From Vicugna vicugna (taxonomy: Eukaryota), in contig MU058824.1 of assembly GCA_013265495.1 (NCBI GenBank), positions 2,259,111 through 2,323,110 on the forward strand: a stretch of 64,000 nt of DNA, given 5' to 3'. This document shows, piece by piece, positions 1-13,029 of this stretch. The notes below the pieces were generated by a model. It was given only the letters and a program-made list of their open reading frames with translations. It was not told where the DNA came from and ran no database searches. The position numbers and the translations under genes were made by a program. Each line of letters begins with the position of its first letter. Within the stretch, counting starts at the first letter, position 1.

Positions 1-125
1 CAGGGAAATACAGCCATTATTTTGTAATAACTTTAAATGAAGTATAAAAATATTGAATAACTATGTTGTGCATATGAAACAAATATAATGTTGTAAATCA
101 ACTATGCTTCAGTAAAAAAAAAAAT
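1..125 (+). mobile_element. L1 3' end with poly(A) tail
   Basis: ...tgttgtaaatcaactatgcttcagtaaaaaaaaaa, typical of cetartiodactyl L1 termini; resembles the end at 35720-35945. Confidence 0.75.
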
Positions 126-589
126 TAAAAGAGGGAGATGGGAAGAAACAGAGAGATAGGATAGGAATGAGGGAGGTAGAAAGAGAATGACTCCAGAGGA
201 ATGGCCAGGAGGCTGGAATGGGGTGAAAGGAGAGGGAGAGGATGAATCAGGGAAAAAGAGACATCAAAGGGTACAGGGTGGGGAGAAAGGAGAAGAGCAG
301 AATCAGTTGGCCCTTCCTTCTCTTTCTCGTCAGATCCCTCAGGTGACAAAATATCTCTAACTGCCTCAGCTGCTGGTTGAGGAGGGTGGGAGATGGGAAG
401 GCCATACCTGTCTCCCTGGGCGTCCTATCTTTTCCTAGAGACCTCACAACTTTTACCATGTAAGGTAATATTCACAGGTTCCAGAAATTAGGACATAGAC
501 ATATCTTTGGAGATACTGTTCAGGCCACCACTCCATCTGATAACCCGATAGACTCATGGAATCACCCGCGGTCTCTCATTCATTATATA

Positions 590-830
590 ACTTAGTTGTT
601 AGGAACAAAAGCTCTGGAGTCTGACTCCTAGGTTCCCATCCTAGCTCTGCCGTTGACTGTGGGACCTTGGGCAACTTCCTTAATCTCTCAGCACCTCAGT
701 TTTCTTGCCTGAAAAATTGAAGATAGTATCTCCCTTGTAGGGTTGTAATAAGCATTAAACAAAATGCTCTGTAAAAGCACACAGTATATTACCTGGCACA
801 CAGTAACCACTCAGTAAATGTTAGCTATTG
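590..830 (+). mobile_element. MIR SINE
   Basis: MIR core motifs (gctctgcc...tgtgggaccttgggcaac...ctcagttttctt...tgaaaaat; cctggcacacagtaa). Confidence 0.8.
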
Positions 831-835
831 TTAGA

Positions 836-1330
836 GACAGTGGTTTTAGGATATGTCCACAAATTCTTTAATATTCCTTCCTTCAAGAGGTGAGGCTTAA
901 TTCTCCTCCTCTTGAGTATTGACTGGACCTAGTGCCTCACTTCTAATGAATAAAGCAGAAGAGACCATGTGTGACTCAAGGACTAGGTCATAAAAGATGC
1001 TACAGCTTGCTCCTTTCTCTCTCTTTAATCACTTGCTCTTGGGAAGTGAGCTTTTGTGTCATAAGGACCTCATGGCAAGGAACTGAGGTCTTTAGCCATC
1101 AGCCAGCAGTAAGTGAATTTTTAAGAGGATCCTCCAGTCCCAGTCAAGCCTTCAGATGACTGAATCTCTAGACAATACCGTGATTGCAATCTCATGACAG
1201 ACTCTGAGCCAGACGACCCAGCTAAGCTACCCTTGGCTCTCTGACCCATAGAAATTGCGAGGTAACGAATGTTGTTTTAAGACACTAAGCTTTAGGGTGA
1301 TTTGTCATACAGCAACAGCTAACTACTAAA
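836..1330 (+). mobile_element. MaLR (MLT1-type) solo LTR
   Basis: Characteristic 3' end: tgacccatagaaattgcgaggtaacgaatgttgttttaagacactaagctttagggtgatttgtcatacagcaacagctaact. Confidence 0.75.
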
Positions 1331-1739
1331 TTAGCTATTATTTTTTAATCTTTAGACATTAATTATCTATTGCATGCCAAGCAAAGGAGATTATAGGGAT
1401 GGCAGAGTACCTGCCCTCAAAGAGCATTCAGTCTAGTGGAGATTGGAAGGGGTAATGGAATATAAAACAGGGTTTGCAGTAGAATGTGAGACAGTGCCAA
1501 TGTTATCCGAAGCACAGACAAGGTAGAAAAATGCTTTATTAAGACAGTATTTTGTTAAAAAAAAAAAAGGGCGGGGATGTCTGCTGATCTGGTTGGGCCC
1601 ATCTAGAGCACCAGAATATAGGCTGAAGTTCAGTGGAATCCAGCCAGTGTAGGGGTCTGCATATAACAGTACTTGGAGAGACTTTATGAAGGAAAAAAAA
1701 CCTCAGTAATTTATTAAAATCCCATACTAGAACTAAATA

Positions 1740-2010
1740 TAAACTTTACCTATGATCCAGAAATTCTACTTTTGAATATAAACCAAAGAGAAATGTAGTT
1801 CACCAAAAGAAAAGCGTATTCATAGCAGCATTATTCATAATATTCCTAAACTGGAGATGTCTAGAGCCTATAAACAAATTATAATATATTCACACAATGG
1901 AATATTTCTCAGCAATAACAAAGCACAAAGAACTGGTATATGCAACATGAATGAATCTCGAAAATACTATGCTGAGCAAAAGAAGCCAGACACAAAAGAA
2001 TATATTTGCA
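1740..2010 (+). mobile_element. Old L1 (L1M) 3' fragment
   Basis: tatgatccagaaattctact...ttcatagcagcattattcataata...agaagccagacacaaaaga. Confidence 0.7.
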
Positions 2011-3729
2011 TGTGCCAGGATCAGGATATAGGATATTTCTAGTACATTCCTGTATGCACCTAATAACTCAATTTAAAAAAAGATAAATGGGACCACTAAA
2101 AAAAATGAAGCATATTATTAAGCAAGAATTATGTACATTTTATATATTTATTTATACATAAGTGTATATACAACATACTACAAATCAGTGGCCTCTGACG
2201 TAAACATGCAGCTCCTTGCCAGTTATCTCATTGAGTTTGCTGTATGGCTAAGGCAGCAATTCCTAACAAGTGTATGCTGGATACCACAAAAGTGTAAACT
2301 CAATTTCAGCTACAGTAATTCTGGATGTGGTTGGAAGGTTGAACTGGAGAGACTATGGGATTGAGAGCAGCTGTAGTACAATTTACTGTGAATGAGAAAC
2401 AGGATCACACACAAGAGCTCTTCTTTGTGGGTATGTCAGGGAATACAGCCTGAGCAGCTGTCTGTTCTATTAAACAATGTCACAATGCCGAGGGGCCAGC
2501 AAATGAATGCTGCACACCTAGGGGTACAGTATAATCCCTTCAGACATACCTCTGGAAAGCCTAGTATTTGAGAGTGTGTCCCAGTCTCCAAAGATCAAGA
2601 ACCACTTGGGTAAAATAGGGCCTCTATTCTGGTCCATTCTGGGTCTGTCTTGTCCGAAGTTCACATATCTTCCTATGGACTCCTGTTCTGTGCCACCTGC
2701 AGGAGGGTGATATTTTCTTGTCTCATGGCCTTTATTAATATTTAAAGAACATCTTTGGCCTGTTTTATGACATTACTCAAAGTTTGTGACAAAAGCAAGT
2801 GAAAGCCTTTGTGAGTTTATTCCTGGAGAAGAAGTCTGTTTCCTGTTCACTCTTCAAGATCCCAGCAATCTGTCTCTGTGTCCATCTGGAAATGGCTTCT
2901 CTTCTCTAATGTGAGCAGCCTTCTCTGAATCTCCTTGTGGAGATTATGTTGTTATGTTGTGATCATTCTGAGAGTTATGATCTGTTTCCTTTGATTGGAA
3001 GAATAGTTTCCTGGTTGGAATCCAAGCTGAAAAAGACATCTCCTTTGAATAGAAACATGAAGAAGGTGATATCTTTTGTGCAGTGCTGTTGACCTTCCTG
3101 GCTGCTGAGGTCAACAATTGTCTGCTTTACCATTTCTTGACTGATGCCATGTAGCCAATACTTGATAATTGAGGTGAACCCAGGTACAGTAGTGGGACAA
3201 AGGAGGAGGTATAGTCACTTCTACCTGGGACCAGGAAAGGTGAGGTGGTCAGGACTCTGGTTTCAAGTGATGGATAACTTCACTTTCAAGTGATGGATCA
3301 ACTTAGGCCAACAGGGAACATAAACTGGCTCATGTGAGCAAACCCTGGGATGGATAGGATATGGTTTCGTGTAGGTTTGGCAGCTTCACGATCACTGGTA
3401 GTTCTGGGTGTATCTTCTCAGCTTTGTCAACAGAGAGGAGTGGGTTCTTTACTCCCAGCTCCAATTTAGAAATCCTGAATTTGTTTTGGGTCATATGGCT
3501 GACCTTTGGGAAAATCACCATGGCTCCAGAGACAAGGGACTATGATTGACCCAGCTTACTCATCCTGTGGCTGGGAGAGGGGTTTTGATTGAAGGTGAGG
3601 AGGTGAGGAGGGAATAGTTCTTTAGGAGAGAGGAGGGTACTGTTACCAGAATAAGGGGGAAACATGTACCAGGAAGATAAGTTTTCATCACAGAAAACTT
3701 CAGAAAATGTGGTATTTTGCAGAAGAGCC

Positions 3730-4150
3730 ATAATTACCTCCCATGCTAATATTCGCTGCCTCTGCAATATGACTTTGCTGTTCTTCCAATCTCTACCCCT
3801 TGAATCTGGGTTTGGTCATATGGCTTGCTTTGGCCAGTGGACATTTGCAAATGTGTTATAAGCAGAGAGTTCATAAACACTTGCATATTGGGATTTGCCC
3901 TCTCTCTTGCTTCTGGGAAGGATAAGAGCATGTCCAGATAGACTCTGGCCATCCCTGCTGTCCAGACTTCTCAGCTGAGGCCCTGGACATGTGAGTGAGG
4001 CCACCACTGGCCATCTAGCCCTAGCTGAGTTAGCCTAGACCAAAAGGACTATCCACCTAATCCACAGACTTGTGATAAATAATCAGTGTTTTTTGTTTTA
4101 AGCTACTGTGTTTTGGGGTGGTTTGTTATGCAGCAGAAGCTAACTGATAT
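3730..4150 (+). mobile_element. MaLR (MLT1-type) LTR
   Basis: Ends in gttttaagctactgtgttttggggtggtttgttatgcagcagaagctaactgata. Confidence 0.75.
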
Positions 4151-4169
4151 GGAGAGGGTGGTGCAATTT

Positions 4170-4800
4170 AGTAAGACTGTAAATTGGCTAGACATCTGAG
4201 GAAGAGCTGGTAGTCAGGGAAGGGGAAACATTCCTGGTAGAAGAGACAGAATCAGCAAAGGCACAGAGGCATGAAACTGTGGCACATGTGGACACCTCAG
4301 TGTTTTGGTTTCACTGAACACAGAGATAGAGTTGGGAAGTGATGGAGGACACAACTAAAGGACCAGGTAGGAGCTAGATTAGAAAGAGCCTTCCATAATG
4401 GGTTACGGAATTCCCATCTATAGGGAAACCATGGAAAGCTTTTAAGCAGTAAAGAGACCTGATGAGATTTGTATCCTTACAGAATATCATAGCTATTGTT
4501 AATGGAATGTGTCCCATCTTCCCAGTGCTTTAGATATGCACAGCTAGAAGAATGCTCTGGCCGCAGGGTAGGGAGTGGACTGGAGGCAGTCAGGAGGTGC
4601 AGGCAGACCAGCCAGGAGGCTGCTGCAGGCATTTGGGTGAGAGCGGGTGGAAGCCTGAACCGAGGCGGTGGCCCCTGGGATGGGAGAGAGCAGGTCAGAT
4701 GGGAGAGGTGTTCGGGGAGCAGTTCCCTAGTGATTACATCAGGGGAGTGAGGAGGGAGGAGCCCAGGAAGGACTCTTAAGGGTCTGGCTTAGGTGACTGT
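4170..4800 (-). mobile_element. L2 LINE fragment(s)
   Basis: GA-rich antisense L2 motifs (cagcaaaggcacagaggcatgaaa; ttttaagcag; gcagaccagccaggaggctgctgcag). Confidence 0.6.
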
Positions 4801-6435
4801 GGAGAATCTTGGAATCAATGGTATTGAGGATTTTTAGTATCCTATAAACCCAGCTCCCAAGAGTTGAAGGGGTCTTAGAGACTATCCAATCTCATTCTCT
4901 CTACTTCACATACCACTGAGAATGCTCAAGCTGATTTAAGTAGTCTAAGAACATTCTTTTTTTTTATGGTTGGAAAAATTATTATTTTTTGATGTGGCTT
5001 TTAAAAAAATTTATTGAAGTGTAGTGGGTTTACAATGCTAGTTTTGAGTGTACAGCAAAGTGATTTAGTGGGAAAATTATGTTTATTGTATTAGGAACTA
5101 TTAACATGTAAGACCCATGATTTCATTGATATTATTGCTTAGCAAAAGGCTAAAGAAGTTATTTCAATTTAAAAAGAAAATTGATAAAGTGAATACTGTC
5201 AGGAAATTGATAAAGTGAAAAATATTGTTAGGAATAGATATGGCTGAAATTAGAAATGAGTGGAGTTCAGGGTACCCTGCACCACCTGGAGCACAAATCC
5301 CCACAGGATCCCAGATGGCGAACGCCCATGTCTTCAAGTGACTGGGTGGGACTGACCTGCTGCTGAGCCTGGCTGTCCAGTCAGATCTGGCCCATTGGCC
5401 CTTGGGAACTGACAGGGACATCTCTGTCTTTCAGTTGCCTTCAGAGCTAGATCCAGCTTGTTCAGGTTAAGGATTAGATGGTGGCTGTAAGAAGGTAGAG
5501 AAAATTAACATGCCTGTTCTCCAGAGGCCTTCAGGAGCCTCTGGCTCAGGGAGGTGAACTTGTCCTCACCTGCCTGCCCGCCTGCTTGCCCTTTGTGCAG
5601 ATCTCCGCATTATGCTCAGAAAAGACTCCTGCACACCGGCTGAAATTTCACGTGTGGATGCGGGGACTTTGTCTTGGGAGGCACTGTAAGGGATGGCACC
5701 CACCATGCCCCTGGAGCCCCAAGTCACTCACTGTGCAGGGTAAAGGGCGGCTCTGGGCACCATGAGGATGCAGTCTGTGACTTGGTGGAGGGGATGATTA
5801 GCTCTGAAGCCCATTAGCCCGCCCCAGCCATCGGGCGGGGCATTCCCGCCTGGACATGGCCTTTCCTGATGGGCTGGGCCTCCCTTTGTGCAAGTCCCCG
5901 GCACAATGCATAATCCTGCAGACCTGCCCAGCAGAGGCGGGCGGACGGGCAGGAGTGCATTTGGCTTCCTGTCTGGCTGAATGTTTTGAATGGGCGCTGG
6001 GCCCATTCTTAATCCCCCAGCGGCTGACTGTCCCGTCATGGGGGCAGAGCAGGAAGGAGGGGAGGACAGCAACCCTCCTGTCTCCTCTCCAGGCAAGAGG
6101 CTGGTAAGGCCCTGCCCAGCACAGTCCTGCCTGCCTTTCAAGGTCATGACATGAGACCAGCCATGGGACTGCTTGCCGGCACCCTCTTGGAACCCTCTAC
6201 CCTTCTCCCAGCACTGTCCTTGGCCAGAGTTGGCCATGCTAGGATTACAAGCAGGGAGGTGGAGGAGGAGAAGAGCTTCAAGATCCCAGCACATCAGAAC
6301 TGGAAGCAGCTTTAGGGATTCCATTTCCCCCTCTCTTTTTACAGCTAGGGTAACTGAGGCCCATACTGGTCAGGGACATGCCGAAGGTCATACGAGTAAG
6401 TGGCAATAACAGACTTCAGTCACAAGCAGTAACAT

Positions 6436-6450
6436 CCAGTAGATGGCAGC
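6436..6450 (+). promoter_or_regulatory. Candidate CTCF site
   Basis: CCAGTAGATGGCAGC closely fits the CTCF core consensus CCASYAGRKGGCRS. Confidence 0.5.
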
Positions 6451-7777
6451 TGTTTCTCGAACTGCTTCCTGGAGCATCTCCAATGACTGGGTGACGATTA
6501 ATGCCCCTGACAAAGAGTTACGTGGTCAGATGTGCTAGGAAATGTTGCACATGCACAAAGCACATAAAGCAGCAGAGGCCATAAGAAGTTGTACAGGGTG
6601 TGAACTTGGTCAGTGTTAATGCCACACTTTCCAAATGTACTTGGCAGTGCAGTTCTTTTTTCACTCTGCACCTTTTCTCACACGGAAGTATCACTCTAAA
6701 GCATGCCATCTAGAAATTCTGCACTAGACCATACTGTAGACTTAGAAGTGCTGATGAAGATGGTGAGGACACTTCTATTTAAACCCTGTGGAGTTTAGCC
6801 CTCATGGGGGCCTGTGCAATGGGAGGGATCTCCTTTTAGACTCAGAATCGTCCAGTGTTTATGGAGCACGTCTCATTACCAGGTGCCTTGCATCTTGATG
6901 ATCTCTGCTGAGCCTCCCCACAGTGCTGTGGGGTGGGTAATAAAACCTTGACTTTACAATCATGGAAACTGAGGCACATGAAACTGAGCAACTTGCTTGA
7001 GGTCACCTGGCCAACAGTCAGCAAAAGCAATTTTAGGCCAGGGTCCGCCCAGCCTTAAATCCAGGGCTCCTGCTCTTCTGCTGTGCTCCCCTCTCCTCTT
7101 CCCATACACTCTGATAATAATAAGCAAATACATCAAATAAAAGAAAAAAAAGAGCCTGGGTTCATTCCCCATTCCACTCCTGATGTATTTCGTGACCTTG
7201 GACACACCTTGTCCCCCCAGGTCTCCTCTCCTCCCCCCACTACAATGAGGGTTAGACGAGGAGCCCGGTCCCTGTGGCTCTCTTCTGCCCCAGCATTCCA
7301 TGACTCACTCCATGACTCTGATCCTCAGGCCCAGGTATATGTCATCCTAGGGGGTGGGGAGGGCGGGCCAGTCCAGGGATGAGGTAGCATGAGGCTGGGT
7401 TCCTGTGTGGCATCAGGACAGACCAGCTGCCTGCCTGAGAAGGCAGAGCCTGTGCCGACTCACGCCTGGCACCTTGTCAGAGCCATGGGAAACTGCCACC
7501 CAGGGCTCAGAGATGGAGTCAGCCCTGCATGGTGCTGGTTCTCGGTAGCATGACCTGTGACACCCTCATAGGTAATGACCTCCTTAATGGGGGGTGGAGA
7601 AACTTGCAGGACTACTGAGGGTGGGGCCAGGAAAGGGGCCAGCAGGTAGGCAGTAAGAAGGTATTGTGGCATTCTGGACCTGACTTGAATTTACTTTTTC
7701 AAGCTGTTTTTGTCATTATCTAGCCAATTGGTCCACTCTCTCTCTCTCTTTTTTTTCTTTTGAAAAAAAAAGGTGAT

Positions 7778-8075
7778 TGTCTTAGTTTAGGTTACCCCAG
7801 AAGGAGACTCTTAAGACAAAGATTTAAGTGCAAGTAGTTTATTTGGGAGGGGGGCAGGTCCCAGGAAATGCTGCCATGGAGCCTGGAAGTAAATCAGGGA
7901 AGGGAAAGAACACAATGAATGGCACGTTATCAAGCAAGTGACCCCTGTGTGGGCAACTGGAGCTTGATGGTGCTGGGGGGCTCTGGGTGCTGGTGTGTAC
8001 AGCCTCAGCATTGACCTACCTGAGGGGCGAGGCAGCTGGAGTATGTATCCCCTAACTTGTGTCTGTCACTAGTTA
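7778..8075. mobile_element. ERVL/MaLR-type LTR fragment (LTR33/MLT1-like)
   Basis: tgtcttagtttaggttaccccagaaggagactcttaagacaaagatttaagtgcaagtagtttatttgggagg; a related sequence in the opposite orientation lies at about 19290-19515. Confidence 0.6.
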
Positions 8076-8383
8076 GGGACTGCTACCTGGAAGGGGGCTA
8101 TGAATTCCCCGGCATGTCTGGCCTGTGCTGGGAATGACTGGCAGGGAGAGCGCCCAGACAGAGTGACAGGGGCTGAGGGCATGTGGATGGGCGACGCATC
8201 AAAGTATCTGCCACAGAGAGCTGGTGAGCCAAAAGCTGAAACACCTACACCTGAAAAGGGTCTAAGAACTGCCACAGTTTGCTGAGTTGGGGAAGGAGGA
8301 GTAAGGCTGAGCGAGTCACTTGCCCTCTTGGGGTTTAGTCTTTGTGCCCAGGTGGGAATGGAATCCCTGCCCTGCCTACCACA

Positions 8384-8475
8384 CACTGGCCCAAATAATA
8401 AATTGTAAAAAGATGATGAGTATATATTCCACTGGCCCAAATCATAAATTGTAAAAAGATGATGAGTATATATTC
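8384..8475. repeat. 46-bp tandem duplication (2 copies, 1 mismatch)
   Basis: cactggcccaaat(a/c)ataaattgtaaaaagatgatgagtatatattc at 8384-8429 and 8430-8475. Confidence 0.95.
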
Positions 8476-11400
8476 ACCTTGCTCCCATCTGTTCCTTCTC
8501 ATCTGCCTGCACCCAGTACCACATACCAGTTCTCAGTCATTTCTGCTAGGATCGTGAGCATTTTGGTCATCTCAGCACCAGCACACCCTTCCTACTCAAC
8601 CTGGCCAATGACTCTTCTCCCTTAGAAAGGGAAAGGATTTTATATCTAGAAATTAAGATTTTTATGCTCAAAAGGGAGTAGAATGATATGGGACTGGGAG
8701 TCAAGAGACCAGGAATAAGACTTCAGTTCATTCATGTTTTCACCTAATGTTGACTGAGGACCTGCCATCTCCATGGGCTGAGGGTGCCTGATGAAGACAC
8801 AGTTCCCAAAGGAGCTCTGTGTCCTTAGGTAAGCAGCCCCCTTGTCTTCTTGTGGCTTCGGTCTCCCTGCTGTGAGATGGTTCAGGTGGTTCCTGGGGTC
8901 CCTTCTAGCACTATTGTTTTTTACTTTAAGTACACACACCCAGTCTCCTGAGATCTGCAGTCTGGGGTCAGTGGAGGAACCGGAGGCCAGGGTCCCACCG
9001 TGCCTGGGGATGATGGGTGGAGGCAGGGAAAGATCCACACTGGGCCCTCCAGGGAGACCGCCATCATGCCTGGGCTTCATCCACTGTGAGCACCGCGTAA
9101 GCTCTGCAAACAGCGACTGAAGATGGTGGATTTGGGCAGCATTAAACTGTATTAAGTCGAGCTGTTTCTACAAAGAGTATATTTTAGCATAAACCTGACA
9201 CCAAAGACATGCTGAGAGGATATAGCACTTGTGAAAAGTGGCTTCTTGCCATCCCCAGCACCTGGTGCAGAGAACTATTCCCCGATTCCACCCACGTGTG
9301 GGACTCTCTAAGGAGAAAATTGCACAGCATCCTTTTCCTCTGTTTATTTTAAGAAGACATCTCTTGAGGCTCTAAGCACATGACCCAGACGTCTGGGCCA
9401 GTCAACCTCCTAGCTACTGTGATAGATCCAAGGATGATCATGTGACCCAAAGCAGGCACATTAGAGTCCTTTCTTGGGATTTCTTTTAGCTGGTGGGAAA
9501 GAATCCTCTCCTGATGTGATGGAGATTTGAACCTAGAGCTGTTGGAGAAGCCTGTCTGTGACAGGACAGAATGATACCAACAGTTAGAGATGAGATGCTG
9601 AGAACAAAGTATCTTGGTGTCTGAATCTCTGGTCCCAGGCCTCCCTGAGGCCATATCCAGCTCCACCCCTGTCCTTCTTGGTTACTTAAAACAATAAAAT
9701 GCCTTCAATAATCATGGCCCCAGGCTTGTGTGCAGGATTATGTAAGGTGATGTGGTGGAAAGCTCATGGCACATAATAAGCCTAGTAAATGGAAGATGTT
9801 GGTCTTGTTTTGGATTCTCTTGACTTGGAGCCCAATTCTTCATTTAGTTTATTCCTTTTCTAATGAATTTCTGGGTCCTTACAGTCCTCAGAGTTTCAGA
9901 CCCTCTGCTATAAGACACTTGTTTCCAGGCACAGATGACGGTGTAGAGAGCGATGCAGAAAGCCTCACCTTGTTGCTTTTAACCACTGAGAGTTTGAGTC
10001 TCCCGCACTAAAACCTCCCATGGGACCTTAGTCAGGGCTGTGGGCAGGGAGTTGGGGTAGACTCGCTGCCTTTACCTCCAACAACAGAGGGATCCCTCAA
10101 AGCCAGTGTAGACTGGAGGGGACACAGGAGAGCTCACACTAGCCTTGGCACTGGCAATGAATCTCTGAGTGACTTTGAATATGTCTACCAAGAAAAAAAA
10201 AATAACCACTCTTACTGAGCAGTTTTGAACATGCAGATACTCATAACGACCCAATAAAGTAGGTACCGCAGTCACCCTACCTGGCTGATGGGGAATCTGA
10301 GGCACAAGGTGATTAAATAACACATCAAAGGCAGCATGACACAACTAGCAAGTGGCAGAACTGGGATTAGGAGCCAGGTAGCCTGATTCCAGAGTCCATT
10401 CTATTAACCACCTCACCATATCATCTTCCTTTTGAATTGAGAATCAGGGTGTTCTCTGCAATCAGACTGTTGCAGATTTGGCAGGAGGAGGGCACACCAG
10501 ATAGTGTGATTCTGAGGTTGAAACTGCCAATTTGTATTAAGGTAAAACTAGAGTAAATTTATTTAATCTCCTTTAAAGGCAGCGTGCATGGCTTCTTTTA
10601 TTAGTTCAGAAAAAGGAAAAAAGGCCCATTTTCTGCTGTTTGCGTGAGCAGACTGGATGAGCATTATCTCAGCAGGATCTTTACAGTTTGCAAAGCTACC
10701 TGCAATGTCTCTGAATTTAAAGGATCCTCTGGCAAGGTAAAGAGTGTTGTCTCCCATTTCACTGATGAGAAAACTGGGGCCAAAGAGGGGAAAATTTACA
10801 CTTGTAAATGTGCATGCACACGCGTGCGTGTGTGTGTTTCTGTGTGCATTTGCAAGAAGGGCCATGAATGTTCCTGCAGGCCTGGATGCCAGCTATGAGA
10901 AGAGCTCACAGTTGTGACGCTTGGAGGCAAGCGTTCCAGCTCACTGCAAATGTATGGAGTCACTCAGACTTAGCTAAGTACACAGCAGCCAGGAGCCTGC
11001 GCCGCAGCAGCTGAAATCAGTGGGCAGCACAAAAAAGTAGGTGTGGCTTCCTCCCCTCTCCTCCCTTCCCTCTTCTCCCCTCCACTCCCACAGGGTGAAA
11101 GTGCCTGGAACAGGCCCGGCCTGGCCCATGAGTCTGCACGCGCAGTATCCAGGAACAACTGCTGGGCAGCTCTGGGGCATGTGTGGAAACATGCACCCTG
11201 ACACACACACATGTATGTACATGCGCATGTGTACACGCATGGCTTTCTAGAAGGAATACTTAGGAAAGGTGTGGGGCTCTGGGTTCTGGTCTGGCTTAGC
11301 CTCTGACTCCTTGGTGACCTCTGAGCCTTGACTCTCCATCTGTATAATGGGCATGATGATGCCTACCTCCCAGGGTTATTACAAGTATCCAAGAAAATAT

Positions 11401-12639
11401 GCTAGGATCTGAGAACTCTGGATCTGAAGGAGCCCTGGGAGGCAGTTAGCCTAATGGTCAAATTTCACAGAGCTGCTGATGCCCAGAGCAAGTCAGGCAC
11501 AGATTGGCTAGAACACAGGCCTCCTGACTCTCAGGACCTGTACACAAGGGGTGGCTCTGAAAAGTACAAAGTGCTATTTAAAGTGAGTTCTTGCTCTTGC
11601 ATTTTGAACATCCACGTGATGTGATTTTGAGACCAAAGTACTTTGTAAATGCCACTTAGGAACACAAATTCACATGTACTCTGCCAGGGGCAAGGGGAGG
11701 AGGATGTCCTCCTTCTTTGTGATATATTAGCTCAGATAGGCATACGAAAGACTTTATAAGTCTCAGTTTGCTTAAAATATTTGATTTGCTTTCTGCCTAC
11801 AAGTTCATACTAAGCTTTTGCATATCTGCTGGACTCTTTATTGACACTGTATCAGTCCAGCTTTCCCTAAAAGATAAACTTCCAAATAGGTGGAGAGGCA
11901 GGGCAGCTGGGTTTTAGGGCCACTGGGAGTGTTTGCCCAAGTCCCTGACCCTCCACTTGCCCATCTGTAAACTGACAGACTTGCACTTATCTTGGCCCCT
12001 GCCCGCCCCAAACTCTACTTCCTCCCCTAAACTCTCACTTTGTCCTCTGTCTGCAGCTCTCTGTCAGCTTGGGCACTCCTCCAGGGTGGGAACCAAAACC
12101 CAAGTGCCCCTCACAGGACCCAGCCCACAGTCGCTGCTCTGGAAATGGGATGGCTCCCAGGTGAACTTGGAGTTCAGACATGCAGGTCACAGGAGTAGGA
12201 AGGGAGAACCTAACGACAGTAGGTTGGAAGCAGTGGGGAAGCCAGCATTCCTTCTTTCCCTCTGCTCCTGCTACCCAGCCTGTGTAACATTCCAGACAAT
12301 GTGATAGGACTTCCAGGGCAATCTAGATTCTCCTACTAATAATCACATCCGTTTATTCAGCACATACCATGTGCCAAGTGTTTCATATGTGTTAACTCTA
12401 ATCTTAGTTGGGTCTACTCCCATTTTCAAAATTGGGACCTGAGGCCCAAAAACCTTCATTTATTTACTTCAAGGAGAGGAGGTAGGATCTGACCTCAGGT
12501 GTCTCTGATTCCCAGGGCCACTCTCATTCTGTCATAGTTGTAACTGCTGGTCTCAGAATGGGATAGGGAATGACCGAGGCTGCCTCAGATGGTGGTAATT
12601 CACCTCGCTGGTCCATAACCCATGGAAGCATGGAATCCA

Positions 12640-12812
12640 AGAAGATTTTCACACCTGATGAGCAGCAGAATCACCTGGGGATACTTACTAAAACGCAGAT
12701 TCCTGGGTCCTGCTCCTGGAAGACCAGGGTGCTAGGTTTGGGTCAGGGGCGGGACTGTACATTTTAACAAGCACTCCAGATGATTCTGAGGCAGAAGTTT
12801 AGAAATCACTGA
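12640..12812. mobile_element. MER5A-like hAT-Charlie element
   Basis: agaatcacctgggg...gcagattcctgggtcc...attttaacaagcactccagatgattctgag...tttagaaatcactg. Confidence 0.75.
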
Positions 12813-13029
12813 GAGATCTGGGTCTAAGATTCTTCTAAGTTAGAACACTAAGGAGCCAGGAGGGCCAGCGTTGAGGGGAAGGAGGGGGAAAGCTACTGTG
12901 AGTTAAAACCCCCTGATTCATTTGACATGGTCACACACAAGAAGATATGTTTATATCTTACCTTGATCCAAATAAGATTTAAAGCAGTATAGGAAAAAAC
13001 AAACTCAGAATCCCAAAATTAAAAGTTAA

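Noticed and set aside
125..300. Purine-rich tract as a functional triplex element
   Set aside because: Low-complexity GA-rich sequence next to an L1 poly(A) tail, with no clear mirror symmetry.
3261..3304. Short direct repeats here and at about 5180-5219, 14776-14823 and 28970-29037
   Set aside because: Two-copy slippage duplications of about 16-33 bp within old repeats or AT-rich DNA, with no array structure.
5728..6324. 198-aa minus-strand ORF, the longest in the track
   Set aside because: No recognisable domain, and a composition typical of chance ORFs in GC-rich DNA.
8570..8590. REST/RE1 site (ctcagcacc)
   Set aside because: Only the left half-site is present, with no GGACAG half.
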